Assembly: GCF_006345805.1 (NCBI RefSeq)
Contig: NC_043001.1
Span: 93,372,001-93,436,000, forward strand
From: Octopus sinensis
Lineage: Eukaryota
DNA: 64,000 bases
Reading direction: 5' to 3'
Below, in pieces: positions 1-10,617 of this stretch (positions are counted from its first letter, which is position 1; every line of letters starts with the position of its first letter). Under the pieces are notes generated by a model. That model ran no database searches, was not told where the DNA came from, and was given only the letters and a program-made list of their open reading frames with translations. A program made the translations under genes and the position numbers.

Positions 1-54
1 TGGAGAGAAAAGGAGAGAAAGAGACAAAGCTTATGTTTAAGATGTGTGAAGTAT

Positions 55-345
55 GGCGACGTTATTTTTTGTATAAAATATATTATTATAATAGTAGACA
101 AAATTGCGTGGCACTATTGCAAGATGCTCACGAGGTCTATGCTTATTGAATTAGTAAAGTTTTAACGCAGCTTGTGTGGAAGAGGGTTGGATTCAGAGGG
201 CTGGAGAAGAATGGATTGCGGTATCATCTGAGTAACAATGAGCTTTGTTGGAGTTCAGTAGTAGGTCGTTATTGTAAGAAAGGAAAATGTTTGGATAAGC
301 TCTGTTTGTATCTCTGCGCACATATCTTTTGAAATAAGAGAATAT
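55..345 (-). mobile_element. Decayed non-LTR retrotransposon reverse transcriptase fragment (CR1/L2-like)
   Basis: Minus-strand translation [31 protein letters not shown] (P-LF--Y-NDL...YADD-like), then TNSISIDLVSILQ*CPRNFVYYN (DL--I--W---N---FN-like). Has stops and is truncated by the TA array. Confidence 0.7.
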
Positions 346-363
346 ATTTGATACGCTCCTGTA

Positions 364-365
364 CG

Positions 366-437
<72 letters not shown>

Positions 438-534
438 AGATATGTGTGTATATATATATATATGTATATACATGTGTGTACATATATATGTATATACATA
501 TGTACATATATTAATGTACATATGTGTACATATA

Positions 535-571
<37 letters not shown>

Positions 572-790
572 GTACATATATATATATATATACATATGTA
601 CATATATATATATACATATATGTACATATGTATATATATATATGTACATATGTACATATGTATATATATATATATATACATATATATTAATGTATATGTA
701 CATATATGTACACACATGTATATACATATATATATATTTATATATATATATATATACACGGTTGATATGTATGCATATATATATGTATGT
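364..790. repeat. Compound (TA)n/(TG)n/TACATATG microsatellite array
   Basis: Directly visible; source of the YIYI-type ORFs. Confidence 0.95.
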
Positions 791-1493
791 CAATCATTCA
801 TTGCACACCTCCTCCATTGTTTTTTATTGTTGTTTTCACTTTTATTTCAGTTCCCCGCTTATCTGACTCAACGTACTATAATTTGTTTATGTCTCCTCTT
901 TGCCTCATTATGTTACTCCATTTATTTGTTTAATTTTTCAGTGTCTGGTTAGCTATGTGTATGTATGTATGTGTGTGTGTACAAATTATATGCGCATATA
1001 TGGATGCGTGTATGTATGTACGCCTGCATTTATGGATATATATATATATATATATTTGGTTATAAATAGCATGACGTCGCCCATGTCTAATTAAACTCGC
1101 TTTCGTTTGCAGACGTGATCAAAGACTTTGCATGATAAGTGCTGCTTTGAACGTATTTATGGAAGTGATTCTCCGGGTTTCATATGCCGTGCAGCACGTT
1201 TCATGTTGCCGCAAGCTATGTGCTTGCTCTCATGATACTGAATACCAATATAATATTCTCGTATGCTTCGCGCATATTTTTGGAATTAGAATATGTTGTT
1301 CTGTAGGTGAGTTAAATTACTATTGCAAGGTATGGTCACCAAAGGAATAAATTCTAGCCGGTAAGGTAAATACAGACTGGATTGGGGCGTATTTTGTGAT
1401 AACTTCGTAATATGTGCCGTCAATGTCTTACTACTGGTTTCACCCATACCCTCGGATACGGAGTAACGTCCATCCGCATTGCGTATACGTATA

Positions 1494-1526
<33 letters not shown>

Positions 1527-1529
1527 CAT

Positions 1530-1686
1530 TTTTCTCTCTCCTTGTTTTTTTCTGTGTCCCTTTCTGTAGAAGAGCGTAGGATCAAAACGTAAAAGACTTT
1601 TTCTATTCCTGAGCGTTATACTAATACATCTGTTTGTTTTGTACACCACCTATCTTCGTCTTTTGTTTTTTTCGTAAACTCTCCCT
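1530..1686 (+). mobile_element. Short interspersed repeat with degenerate hammerhead motif (Penelope-like terminal unit), copy 1
   Basis: Homologous to 9505-9686 (ctccttgttt...ctttctgtNgaagagcgtaggNtcNaaacgtaaaagact...cctgagcg...ctaatac...ccacctNNcNtcgtcttttg). Flanked by (TA)n on both sides. The PLE origin is inference. Confidence 0.65.
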
Positions 1687-1700
1687 ATATATATATATAT

Positions 1701-1784
<84 letters not shown>

Positions 1785-1980
1785 TTGTGTATATATGTAA
1801 CAAGGATATTTTTACTTACATTCTGTTCACCTAACTTGCTGCTGTACGGACTATACCGAACTGGCAAGGGGTCTCTATTTAAATACCTGATTGAACTGAA
1901 TCTTAATTATATTCTATGTATATGCATGTGTGCGTGCATGTGCAGGCGTGTGTATATGTCTATGTATATATACTTATATG

Positions 1981-2235
1981 CATCATCATCATCATCATCA
2001 TTGTTCGACCGTGGTCGAGACAATGGAATTTACCATGCTACGCCAGATTTCACGGTCCATCATGGCATTACGGAGGTCCTGTTGCTGGATGCCTGTATCC
2101 CTGGAGATTACATCAGGATAGGAGAGTGCGCGCCCTCTGGTATTGCGAGTAGATGGCTTCCAGAGGAGAAGAGTAGAAATTACCTTTTTTTCAGCTCTAC
2201 AACAATGTCCAGCAAACATTGTTTTACCTTTCACA
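1981..2235 (-). mobile_element. RTE-clade LINE 3' end fragment with (TGA)n tail
   Basis: Minus translation FAGHCCRAEKKVISTLLLWKPSTRNTRGRALSYPDVISRDTGIQQQDLRNAMMDREIWRSMV matches the RTE ORF C-terminus (FAGHC...W-P...RGR...D...M-DR--WR). The stop TGA runs directly into a (TGA)n tail. Confidence 0.85.
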
Positions 2236-2398
2236 GGAGATGACACAGGTGGTAGTTTCCCATATATGTATATTTTTGCACCACCCATGTGCATATTTAA
2301 CAACTGTATATATGCATGTATTTGTATGTGTATATATGCATAATACCCATATAAATATATATGTATGTCCCTCACTTCATATATATATATATATATAT

Positions 2399-2443
<45 letters not shown>

Positions 2444-3397
2444 GTAAAACTTAACGCATGTATTTTCATAGATAAGTATTTCTATTCTTAGAAAACTAAC
2501 AGCATTAGTCTCAACTTCGTGATCGAACGTGACAAGTAGTATTTATCAATGGGTGATCATTCTTATTGCTTTCAGACGTCGGTGTATGCTCGTTGTTTTA
2601 TTCATGTTGTATTCACGTATCATCTCCCAAGGGCATTGTCGATGTGATTGAAATAGTTGAAACACTCCAGCAGATTAACGTCGTCAGGAGTTCAACTTGT
2701 GACTACGAGTGTGCCTGGTACAGCCTTTGCATAGATATACATTCAAGCTATCTCATTCGCTCAGTCTCCCTATTGTCTCTCACCTTTTCTTCTGCTGCAC
2801 GCATACACACACACATTCACGCGCACACATATGTAAACAGTTTTGTAGTTTTGCGTTTACAATAATTCTTAATCTGCCATCACGTCCTAGGGTGATGGCA
2901 TGATTGCTAAAATGGCGGAGAACGCAAAATCTTTATTGTTATTTGTTCCGACTCTTTTAAGAATTCAAATCCCGCTGGACTCAATTAGCTATTCACATCT
3001 CTGAGTTCCATAAAATAAAGTACAGGTTAAGAGAAAATATCACTAATGTTTTCTTCCCAACTACCTCATATTTTGCAAGTATTTGATGTACTCATCTTCA
3101 TTACGTATGGTTGTTCCTGATTCTTTTCCCAAACAAGGAATGCATCTATATTATCTATATTATGCAACTATATTTTTGGTTGCTATGCTGTCCAACTGCT
3201 GATGGGAATTATCTTTGTGTATTTTCAACCCGCTCTGGTTTATCTTTCAGATATTTTTGTAGTTATCCGAACGTTTTCTTATAATTGTTTTGTATTTGCC
3301 TGAGATCTCCACAGTCTTCAATTCATGCTAAGTACAACGTTGTTCATCAGATTTTTGGTGGTGTAATTTAAATGCAGTGAAGGTAATTTTGTTAAGG

Positions 3398-3649
3398 CAG
3401 GAATCTCCAACCTTCTTTTGCACTACAAATCGTTTTCATGCAAGACAACGTTTCCATAGACCGGCCACGCATGCGCATAAAAACATGAAAACTGTATAAT
3501 ATATAATTCATTTATAACATTTTATAATACATATATAATGCAAAAAAATCCATGCAGAGTGGAATAGCCAATAAAATAGACAAAATTTTAAAATCTATTT
3601 TTCTGTGCGGCCCAGAACTCCTTCGCGGCCCGGTGGTTAGGGACCCATG
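3398..3649. mobile_element. hAT-Charlie-type non-autonomous element (MITE), decayed
   Basis: Ends CAGGAATCTCCAACC and GGTTAGGGACCCATG resemble CAGGGGTCCCCAACC TIRs. Subterminal GCGGCCC motifs are present. The 8-bp flanks only partly match. Confidence 0.55.
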
Positions 3650-3775
3650 AATTAGGGCGTTCAGCTATCATAATAACTTGGGTTCAATTTTTAAACTGGC
3701 CTGTGTGTTGTGTTCCTTAGCAAAGCGCTACGTTTCGCGTCCATCCAATATACTTAGCTGGAAATAAGTATCATA
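3650..3775 (+). mobile_element. Degenerate SINE head (family C-like)
   Basis: GGGTTCAATTT B-box-like motif followed by TGTGTTGTGTTCCTTAGCAAAGCGCT, similar to the reverse complement of the 27241-27498 copy. Confidence 0.35.
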
Positions 3776-4190
3776 CGAGTGCTAGTTAACCTCCTTCATC
3801 CTCCAGTTTTCACACCTGGATGTACCTCTGGATCAAAGTGTGAGAGAGCCGATAGTGAAAGCATAGCACATGTTTTCAAACCAAACTCGTTCCTGGATGC
3901 CGACTGGCTTTTGATTCTACAGACGATAATTTTTTTCCTTTCCTCTCTAGTCTCGATTTATTTCACCTCCAGTTAGAATATTATAACCATAACCAAATGC
4001 CGGTGAAGACATTCAATTGAAGTCGATTAATTTATTCTTAACTTTTAGTTTTGTGTTAATTTTTAAATTACTGCGATTAGCTTTCTTAATTTTTCTTTCG
4101 TTCATCTGTTATACAGTATCCAGTTCAATGATTTCCAAGCATTTCCAGGTTACGATTAGATCTAATAAGCTTATATGTATATTTATGGAA

Positions 4191-4421
4191 GGCGGCGAGC
4201 TAGCAGAAACGTTAGGGCGCCGGGCGAAATGCTTAGCGGTATTTCGTCTGTTGTTACGTTCTGAGTTCAAATTCCGCCGAGGTCGACTTTGCCTTTCATC
4301 TTTTCGGGGTTGATAAATAAAGTACCAGTTTCGCACTGGGGTCGATGTAATCGACTTAATCCGTTTGTCTGTCCTTGTTTGTCCCCTCTATGCTTAGCCC
4401 CTTGTGTATAGTAAAGAAATA
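4191..4421 (+). mobile_element. tRNA-derived SINE, family B (tail 1), full-length monomer
   Basis: Head GGCGGCGAGCTAGCAGAAACGTTAG, B-box-like GAGTTCAAATTCC, central GCCTTTCATC-TTTCGGGGT-GATAAAT-AAGTACCAG, tail ending GTAAAGAAATA. More than ten related copies are in the window. Confidence 0.9.
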
Positions 4422-4867
4422 TATATATATTTATGAGACTTGGTAATAATATATAATTAATTTTCTCCTCATTCGGACTGGATTGGAATATTTCTATTTG
4501 AAGTTTATAGCAATTCCTCTTCCAAATCCGTGCATTATCTGCTGTTATTGCTTCGTTGATTTCAGCAGCGTATGACAAGAAGTAGCTGGAAGAGCAGGTC
4601 TAACACACGGTGACCACACCTGCTCACCGTAAAAAAAAACGATGAAGATGCTGCAGCCTGTGCGCATGGCCGCGCACCAGCAACCACAGCGCGCTCAGGT
4701 CGCCATTAAGCGGCTGTTGACAGCAGATGGAGCGCCTTGCCAGCGGAACGCGACCCTTCCACAGAAAGCAGAAGTGTATGCGGACCAGCTTGTTTAGCCA
4801 ACATAAGGGGCAAGGAACGACGGTCAAGCGGATACGATGTTCGCATTCGCCACCTCGGCTCGACCTT

Positions 4868-4912
4868 TCAATAATATTAATAATAATAATAGTAATAATT
4901 ATAATAATAATA

Positions 4913-4954
<42 letters not shown>

Positions 4955-5120
4955 AAATAATAATGAACACCACTTATTATTATTTGTTATTATTATTATT
5001 AATTATTATTATTAATATAATAATAATTATTATTATTACAATTACACTGCGGCTAATTATTTTTATCATAATTATTGTTGTCGTCGTCGTCATCATCTCC
5101 ATCATCATCATCAAAATCAG
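4868..5120. repeat. (AAT)n/(ATT)n/(CAT)n low-complexity tract
   Basis: Directly visible. Confidence 0.9.
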
Positions 5121-5589
5121 CAGCAGAAACTGTGATATGTGGGAGGCAAAGATAATTTTAGCACCAGCGCCTTAATTAACAGGCATAATAGTCCAGTAAA
5201 AATTTTGTGCTCCTTCATACCCCCCTCAACTGGTAATACGCTACTCCGCCTCCTCCTTCCTCTCCTGATCCCCCTCGTATTCGTCGTCCTCGTCGTCGTC
5301 GTCCTCCTCCTCCTTCTCCTTCTCCTCCTCTGCATTATCATCTAGTCGCCCAAAGTCAGAATTACAAAAAAAAAAAAAAATGTATTATATATATTTACCG
5401 TTGACCTAGCCAATCTGACAATACTTAATGAACTGGAAAATAGATCATTAAATTAAAATTGAGGAAGAAAAATCCCAATTACATTTTCTGTAATTAAGCA
5501 AATGTCTGTAATTTCTAGTCAAGAGAAATTAAAGACCATTACTGAAACAGAACAACAACAAACAACAACAAATAACAAGGCAGTTAAAG

Positions 5590-5650
5590 ACCACCACCAC
5601 CACCACCACCACCACCACCAATAACAACAACAACAACAACAACAACAACA
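5590..5650. repeat. (CAC)n(CAA)n microsatellite
   Basis: Directly visible. Confidence 0.9.
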
Positions 5651-6202
5651 CAAAAGACTACATGAAAGGACTTCGTTGGTGATAGTTGCTGAAGATAATA
5701 AGCCAAAGTCCTTCATTGCTTCTTCAGTTAGTTTCTTCTGTTACTAACACACAGTTAACTGTATTGCGTGGTCAAGTAATAATGATTTCACTAGATGGCG
5801 CCAAAGTAGCGCTATGACTGATCATCTCGGAAAAAGGCGCCAATAACACAATTTCACAGAATAGTATTCTGCTTCAATACAATCTCATGGGAAATCATGA
5901 AGTTTTGAAGAACGTGGATTAGGCGATTAAGACACATTACTAGAAGAACTACTCAGGAGACTGCTGATCTTGTCAAGTCGTTCCATAATCTAAAATACGG
6001 AAATAAGCAACTTACAAGTATGAAAAAATTAATTAATATATATTTGCCTCTGTGTATATTTACACACACACACATACAACAGGTTATTAGTCTCGCTATG
6101 CCTAAGCGAAATATATATATATATATATATATATAAACACATCCACATATATGTATAAACATTTTATACACGTGCATGTATATACATACCTTTATATATG
6201 CA

Positions 6203-6275
<73 letters not shown>

Positions 6276-6285
6276 GTCTGTCTGC

Positions 6286-6368
<83 letters not shown>

Positions 6369-6369
6369 C

Positions 6370-6439
<70 letters not shown>

Positions 6440-6486
6440 GTCTGTCTGTCTGTCTATCTGTATGTCTGTCTGTCTGTCTGTCTGTA

Positions 6487-6535
<49 letters not shown>

Positions 6536-6588
6536 GTCTGTCTCTCTATCTTTCTATCTATCTATCTCTCTATCTTTCTATCTATATG

Positions 6589-6619
<31 letters not shown>

Positions 6620-6700
6620 TTATCTGTCTGTCTGTCTGTCTGTCTATCTATATATATATACATTCACACACACACACACACACACAGACACAAACACACA
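6203..6700. repeat. (TATC)n/(TGTC)n tetranucleotide array plus (CA)n
   Basis: Directly visible; source of the LSIY ORFs. Confidence 0.95.
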
Positions 6701-8110
6701 CACATATATATTTATGAAACACAAGTGTAAAATACTGTATTATATTTATTGCGTATTATTGAGGTTCATGTATTTACTTGTTTATGCAGATAGCACGGCG
6801 GCACTTTAATATCAAGATGATTGTTAATAGTATAACTGTAGCTCCAATCCATCGAGCTTTTAACGCTTATTGTCTCTGATTGTGATCTACCAATCTAGGA
6901 ATAATTCCAAGGAGATTTATAGTTGCAGTACATAGCAGTGCAGTTAATCTAATAATGTTTTTGGTTCTGAAAGGTAGTCATGATTGATAACCAGTACAGT
7001 GAATCGGCCTGAAACTGCAAGCAACGGCGTTTACTATATTTTACGAGAGATGCGAATTGCTTTGAAAGAAACGACTTTTCTGCATAAAATAAACACACAT
7101 ACACACACACACATACATATATACAAGCACACACACACGCGCATCTCTGTGGCATTCTCTTCGGATTCTAAGAGAAAATCGAATTTCAGACATTGCAACT
7201 ATAACAGTTTTTAACGACATGCTCCTTCTATCGAGTCTTTATATTATTTAAGTTCCCTCCTCCTGATTTCCTATACATTTCTTTTTGGCTTTTCTCTTAT
7301 CAAATACGATGTTTCTTGTGTTGAGCATTTTGTATTTTCAGTATATTTCCCCGAAATGTTATACATATATATGTATGAATTTTATATACCCAGTAAACAA
7401 GCTTATCAATATTTGTATTACACTCGCATCACTATACCTATCCTCTCTAATTGCTTCGTCTGATTTCTTAATATTTCATATTTGCTCTCCTGAAATATCA
7501 ATACGCTTCTGCGATTACTAGAATACACACATATGTTTCTATATTTGCACATCAAACACAGACGAATCTCAGGTCAGCAATAAATCTAAACATGCATATA
7601 TAACATTTCAAATGCATAGATAGTTTAATCCTATAAAGGTATCTTATTTTTCTCTTTTTCTTTCATTCTGTACTTCACTTTTTCCACCTCTCGTTTTTAG
7701 CCACACACACACACACGCATGCATATGAACATAATACATACTTTCATATACAAATACACATGCTAACACACATATATTCATTGATTTAAAACAGCAAACA
7801 CCATGCATAATACCATACGTAGTGTAATAGTGCATTTAGAGTGGAGGTAGGGGCTACTGTTTCTCTGGAGTTCACCTGATGTATCATCATTGCCTCAGAC
7901 ACGAGCTAACAGGATGTGGTGTTCTCTTGACTGAGAACTGGTAACATTCCGGGTAATCCCCAAAACAGCAGATCACTGGATCAACTTAAATAACAACGAA
8001 CACTGCTACTCATACATAAATAAGGTTGATACCAAAATAAACTGCAAAAAATCGCAAACTGAGGCATACTAAATATTAAAAAACACGCAAACTAAAAATA
8101 TACGTATGGA

Positions 8111-8152
<42 letters not shown>

Positions 8153-8166
8153 AATATACGTATGGA

Positions 8167-8227
<61 letters not shown>

Positions 8228-8340
8228 TATATTATATATACGTATATATTTATATGTATATATCTATCTATACATTCATACACACATATACACACACGCA
8301 CACACAAATACATGATTCCAATTGAATGGAGATATATATA

Positions 8341-8382
8341 TGTCACTGAGGAGACGAAATTACATCGAAACACCGTCTAACA
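8341..8382 (+). ncRNA. Type-I hammerhead ribozyme motif (minimal)
   Basis: TGTCA-CTGAGGA-GACG(AAATTA)CATC-GAAAC-ACC-GTC-TAACA: intact CUGANGA and GAAA cores and a GUC cleavage triplet. Helix I is 4/5 paired, helix II 3/4, and helix III 2 bp with a 3-nt loop. Confidence 0.6.
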
Positions 8383-8607
8383 CACAAGGAGACGAAATCG
8401 TACAGCGAGCTGCATTTCCTATTTCTGTTTAAATATGCGTGTTATAAATAATCTGCTCGTCATATTTTTAATCTCTGCTGCTTAGGGTATTTATGCCCTC
8501 TTCACCATAAGCCTAGCAAGCTTTCACAGACATTTACAAATGATTTGTTTGTCAAATTCTATATCGCAACGGAGAGTTCTAGCTTGCACCAAGTGAATGA
8601 TGCGGTT

Positions 8608-8651
8608 TGTCACTGAATGAGTGGGATCACACCGAAACTAGGATAGTTGAC
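8608..8651 (+). ncRNA. Degenerate hammerhead-like motif
   Basis: TGTCA-CTGAATGA-GTG(GGATCA)CAC-C-GAA-ACTA(GGA)TAGT-TGAC. Helices I-III are present, but the core has an extra A and the unpaired cleavage nucleotide appears to be missing. Confidence 0.35.
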
Positions 8652-9149
8652 GTCATTTAGAACTTGTTCTGCCTTCCTCAAAATGTCTGAAATTTTGTGC
8701 TAAATAACATGGTAATACACACAAACACAAATATGCATTATGAGGGTGAAGGATAGGGAGAGAGGGAGAGAGAGAGGGAGAGAGAGAGGGAGAGAGAGAG
8801 GAGGAAGAGGATGTGGGTGAAAGATTTGTGAATGTGTATTTTACTCGAGTTTCAGTGGGGATATTCATTATAATCAACAAAAATATAGACATGTGATATC
8901 ATTTATATATTATGATACTAGTGCTGTACTAAGATAAATGCATTATACGTTTTGTGCTATTTACAGTAACGCATTATATAGAGATTGGAGACAGGTAATG
9001 TTGGCAGAAACGAGTAATGAATAATTACATTTCTATATATAAATCTACACTAATTCACACTCTCTTAGAGAATCACACACATATATATTTATATATGAGT
9101 GCATACACACATACATACATACATACACATACATATGTGTATGCGCATA

Positions 9150-9800
9150 TATATATATGCATATATATACATATGTATATGTACATACGTACATCTATAC
9201 GTATAAACGCACACACACACATGCATATGTGGGCAAATGACGTCTCGAAACGTGTACAACAAAAAATGCGAAGTACGAGTACATGGAATATGAACTATTT
9301 CTTCGAACAGCGAAAGACACAAACGGAAAACAAGACAAACAACATTTGTGTCGTTCGTTGTTCGAAAAAATATTTCATATTCCATGCATTCGTACTTCGT
9401 ATGTTTGTTGTACAAGCTTCGTGATGTCCTGTGCCCACATATGAATACATAATATATATATATAATATATTATATATATATATTATATAATATATAATAT
9501 GTTGATTCGCTAGCTTCTGCACGGATTTTCTTCTCTCCTTGTTTCTCTCCGTGTTCTTTTCTGTGTATCTTTCTGTTGAAGAGCGTAGGCTCGAACGTAA
9601 AAGACTTGTTTTATTTATATTCCTGAGCGCCATACTAATACAATTGTTTGTTTGTATTCCACCTGCCGTCGTCTTTTGTTATTTTCATATATATAGTATT
9701 ATATATCATATATATATATATATAATAGATATATATATATATATATATATATACATACGTATAGATGTAAGTATGTACATATACGTATGTATATATGAAT
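9150..9800. repeat. Inverted duplication of an interspersed repeat with a nested insertion in the right arm
   Basis: 9223-9323 is the reverse complement of 9345-9443 (21-nt spacer, scattered mismatches). About 9150-9205 pairs with about 9753-9800 beyond the inserted 9445-9750 block. Confidence 0.8.
9505..9686 (+). mobile_element. Short interspersed repeat with hammerhead-like motif (Penelope-like terminal unit), copy 2
   Basis: Homologous to 1530-1686 and partly to 44225-44285. Contains TCTTT-CTGTTGA-A-GAGC(GTAG)GCTC-GAA-CGT-A-AAAGA at 9568-9604. Flanked by (TA)n. Confidence 0.7.
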
Positions 9801-10052
9801 ATACATATTATTTATGTTTTATCTACATATATATCTACATATATACATACGTACATATATATATGCATATACTGAAGACTGACAAAGAGATATATTAGTT
9901 AGGGAATAATTAGATAGATGGCACACGCATACGTATACGAAATTATATATTTCTATTTCTCCTGTCGTCTTTTCATTTTCTCATATTTTCTTTCTTATGC
10001 CCTCCTCCTCCTTTCTTTGGAAGTCTATGGCCCTGTATATGTATATATATAT

Positions 10053-10114
<62 letters not shown>

Positions 10115-10367
10115 ATATGTGGGTGTGTGTGTATATATATATATGTATATATATGTGTGTGTATATATATATATATATTCGTATATATACTCTCTCACAC
10201 ACATATACACGCACGTATGTGTAATATAAGTAAATGTATTTACTTATGCATGCTGTGTGTGTGAATGTGTGTGTATGAGTGTGTGTTTTGTCGCGCGAAT
10301 GTATTGCAAAATTAAGATAGAATGGTGAAGTATATGAAAAGAATCGGGTGAAACAGCATTGTATAGG

Positions 10368-10398
<31 letters not shown>

Positions 10399-10506
10399 TA
10401 TATATAATATAACCGGAGTAAACACAAAATGTGAAACAAGGTGGAAAAAAGAGTACTCAAATACCAGTGGGAGTAATATGCTTTATTTTAAGCAGCAGAA
10501 AATTCA

Positions 10507-10558
10507 ACAAAATCTGTTACTTCTGAGTTTCTCGTGCCGTTCATCAGACAGTTTTTGC
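10507..10558 (-). ncRNA. Type-I hammerhead ribozyme motif, minus-strand arm
   Basis: Minus strand reads GCAAAAACTGT-CTGATGA-ACGGCACGA-GAA-ACT(CAGA)AGT-A-ACAGATTTTGT, the mirror copy of the plus-strand motif. Confidence 0.58.
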
Positions 10559-10565
10559 CATTCTA

Positions 10566-10617
10566 GCAAAAACTGTCTGATGAACGGCAACGAGAAACTC
10601 AGAGTAACAGATTTTGT
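10566..10617 (+). ncRNA. Type-I hammerhead ribozyme motif, plus-strand arm
   Basis: GCAAAAACTGT-CTGATGA-A-CG(GCAA)CG-A-GAA-ACT(CAG)AGT-A-ACAGATTTTGT. Cores are intact, cleavage triplet GUA (after 10606), helix I about 10 bp with one A-A mismatch. Helix II is very short and lacks the usual G10.1-C11.1 pair. Confidence 0.6.

Noticed and set aside
1113-1306. Possible exon (TTTCGTTTGCAG acceptor, AG/GTGAG donor, open frame)
   Set aside because: The peptide is unrecognisable, there are no compatible neighbouring exons, and it is plausible by chance.
4005-4035. Hammerhead-like CCGGTGAAGAC...GTCGATT
   Set aside because: Both core segments have several substitutions; only a helix II-like palindrome remains.
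4191-4280. tRNA gene suggested by A-box and B-box motifs in SINE heads
   Set aside because: No cloverleaf; the motifs continue into multicopy SINE bodies.
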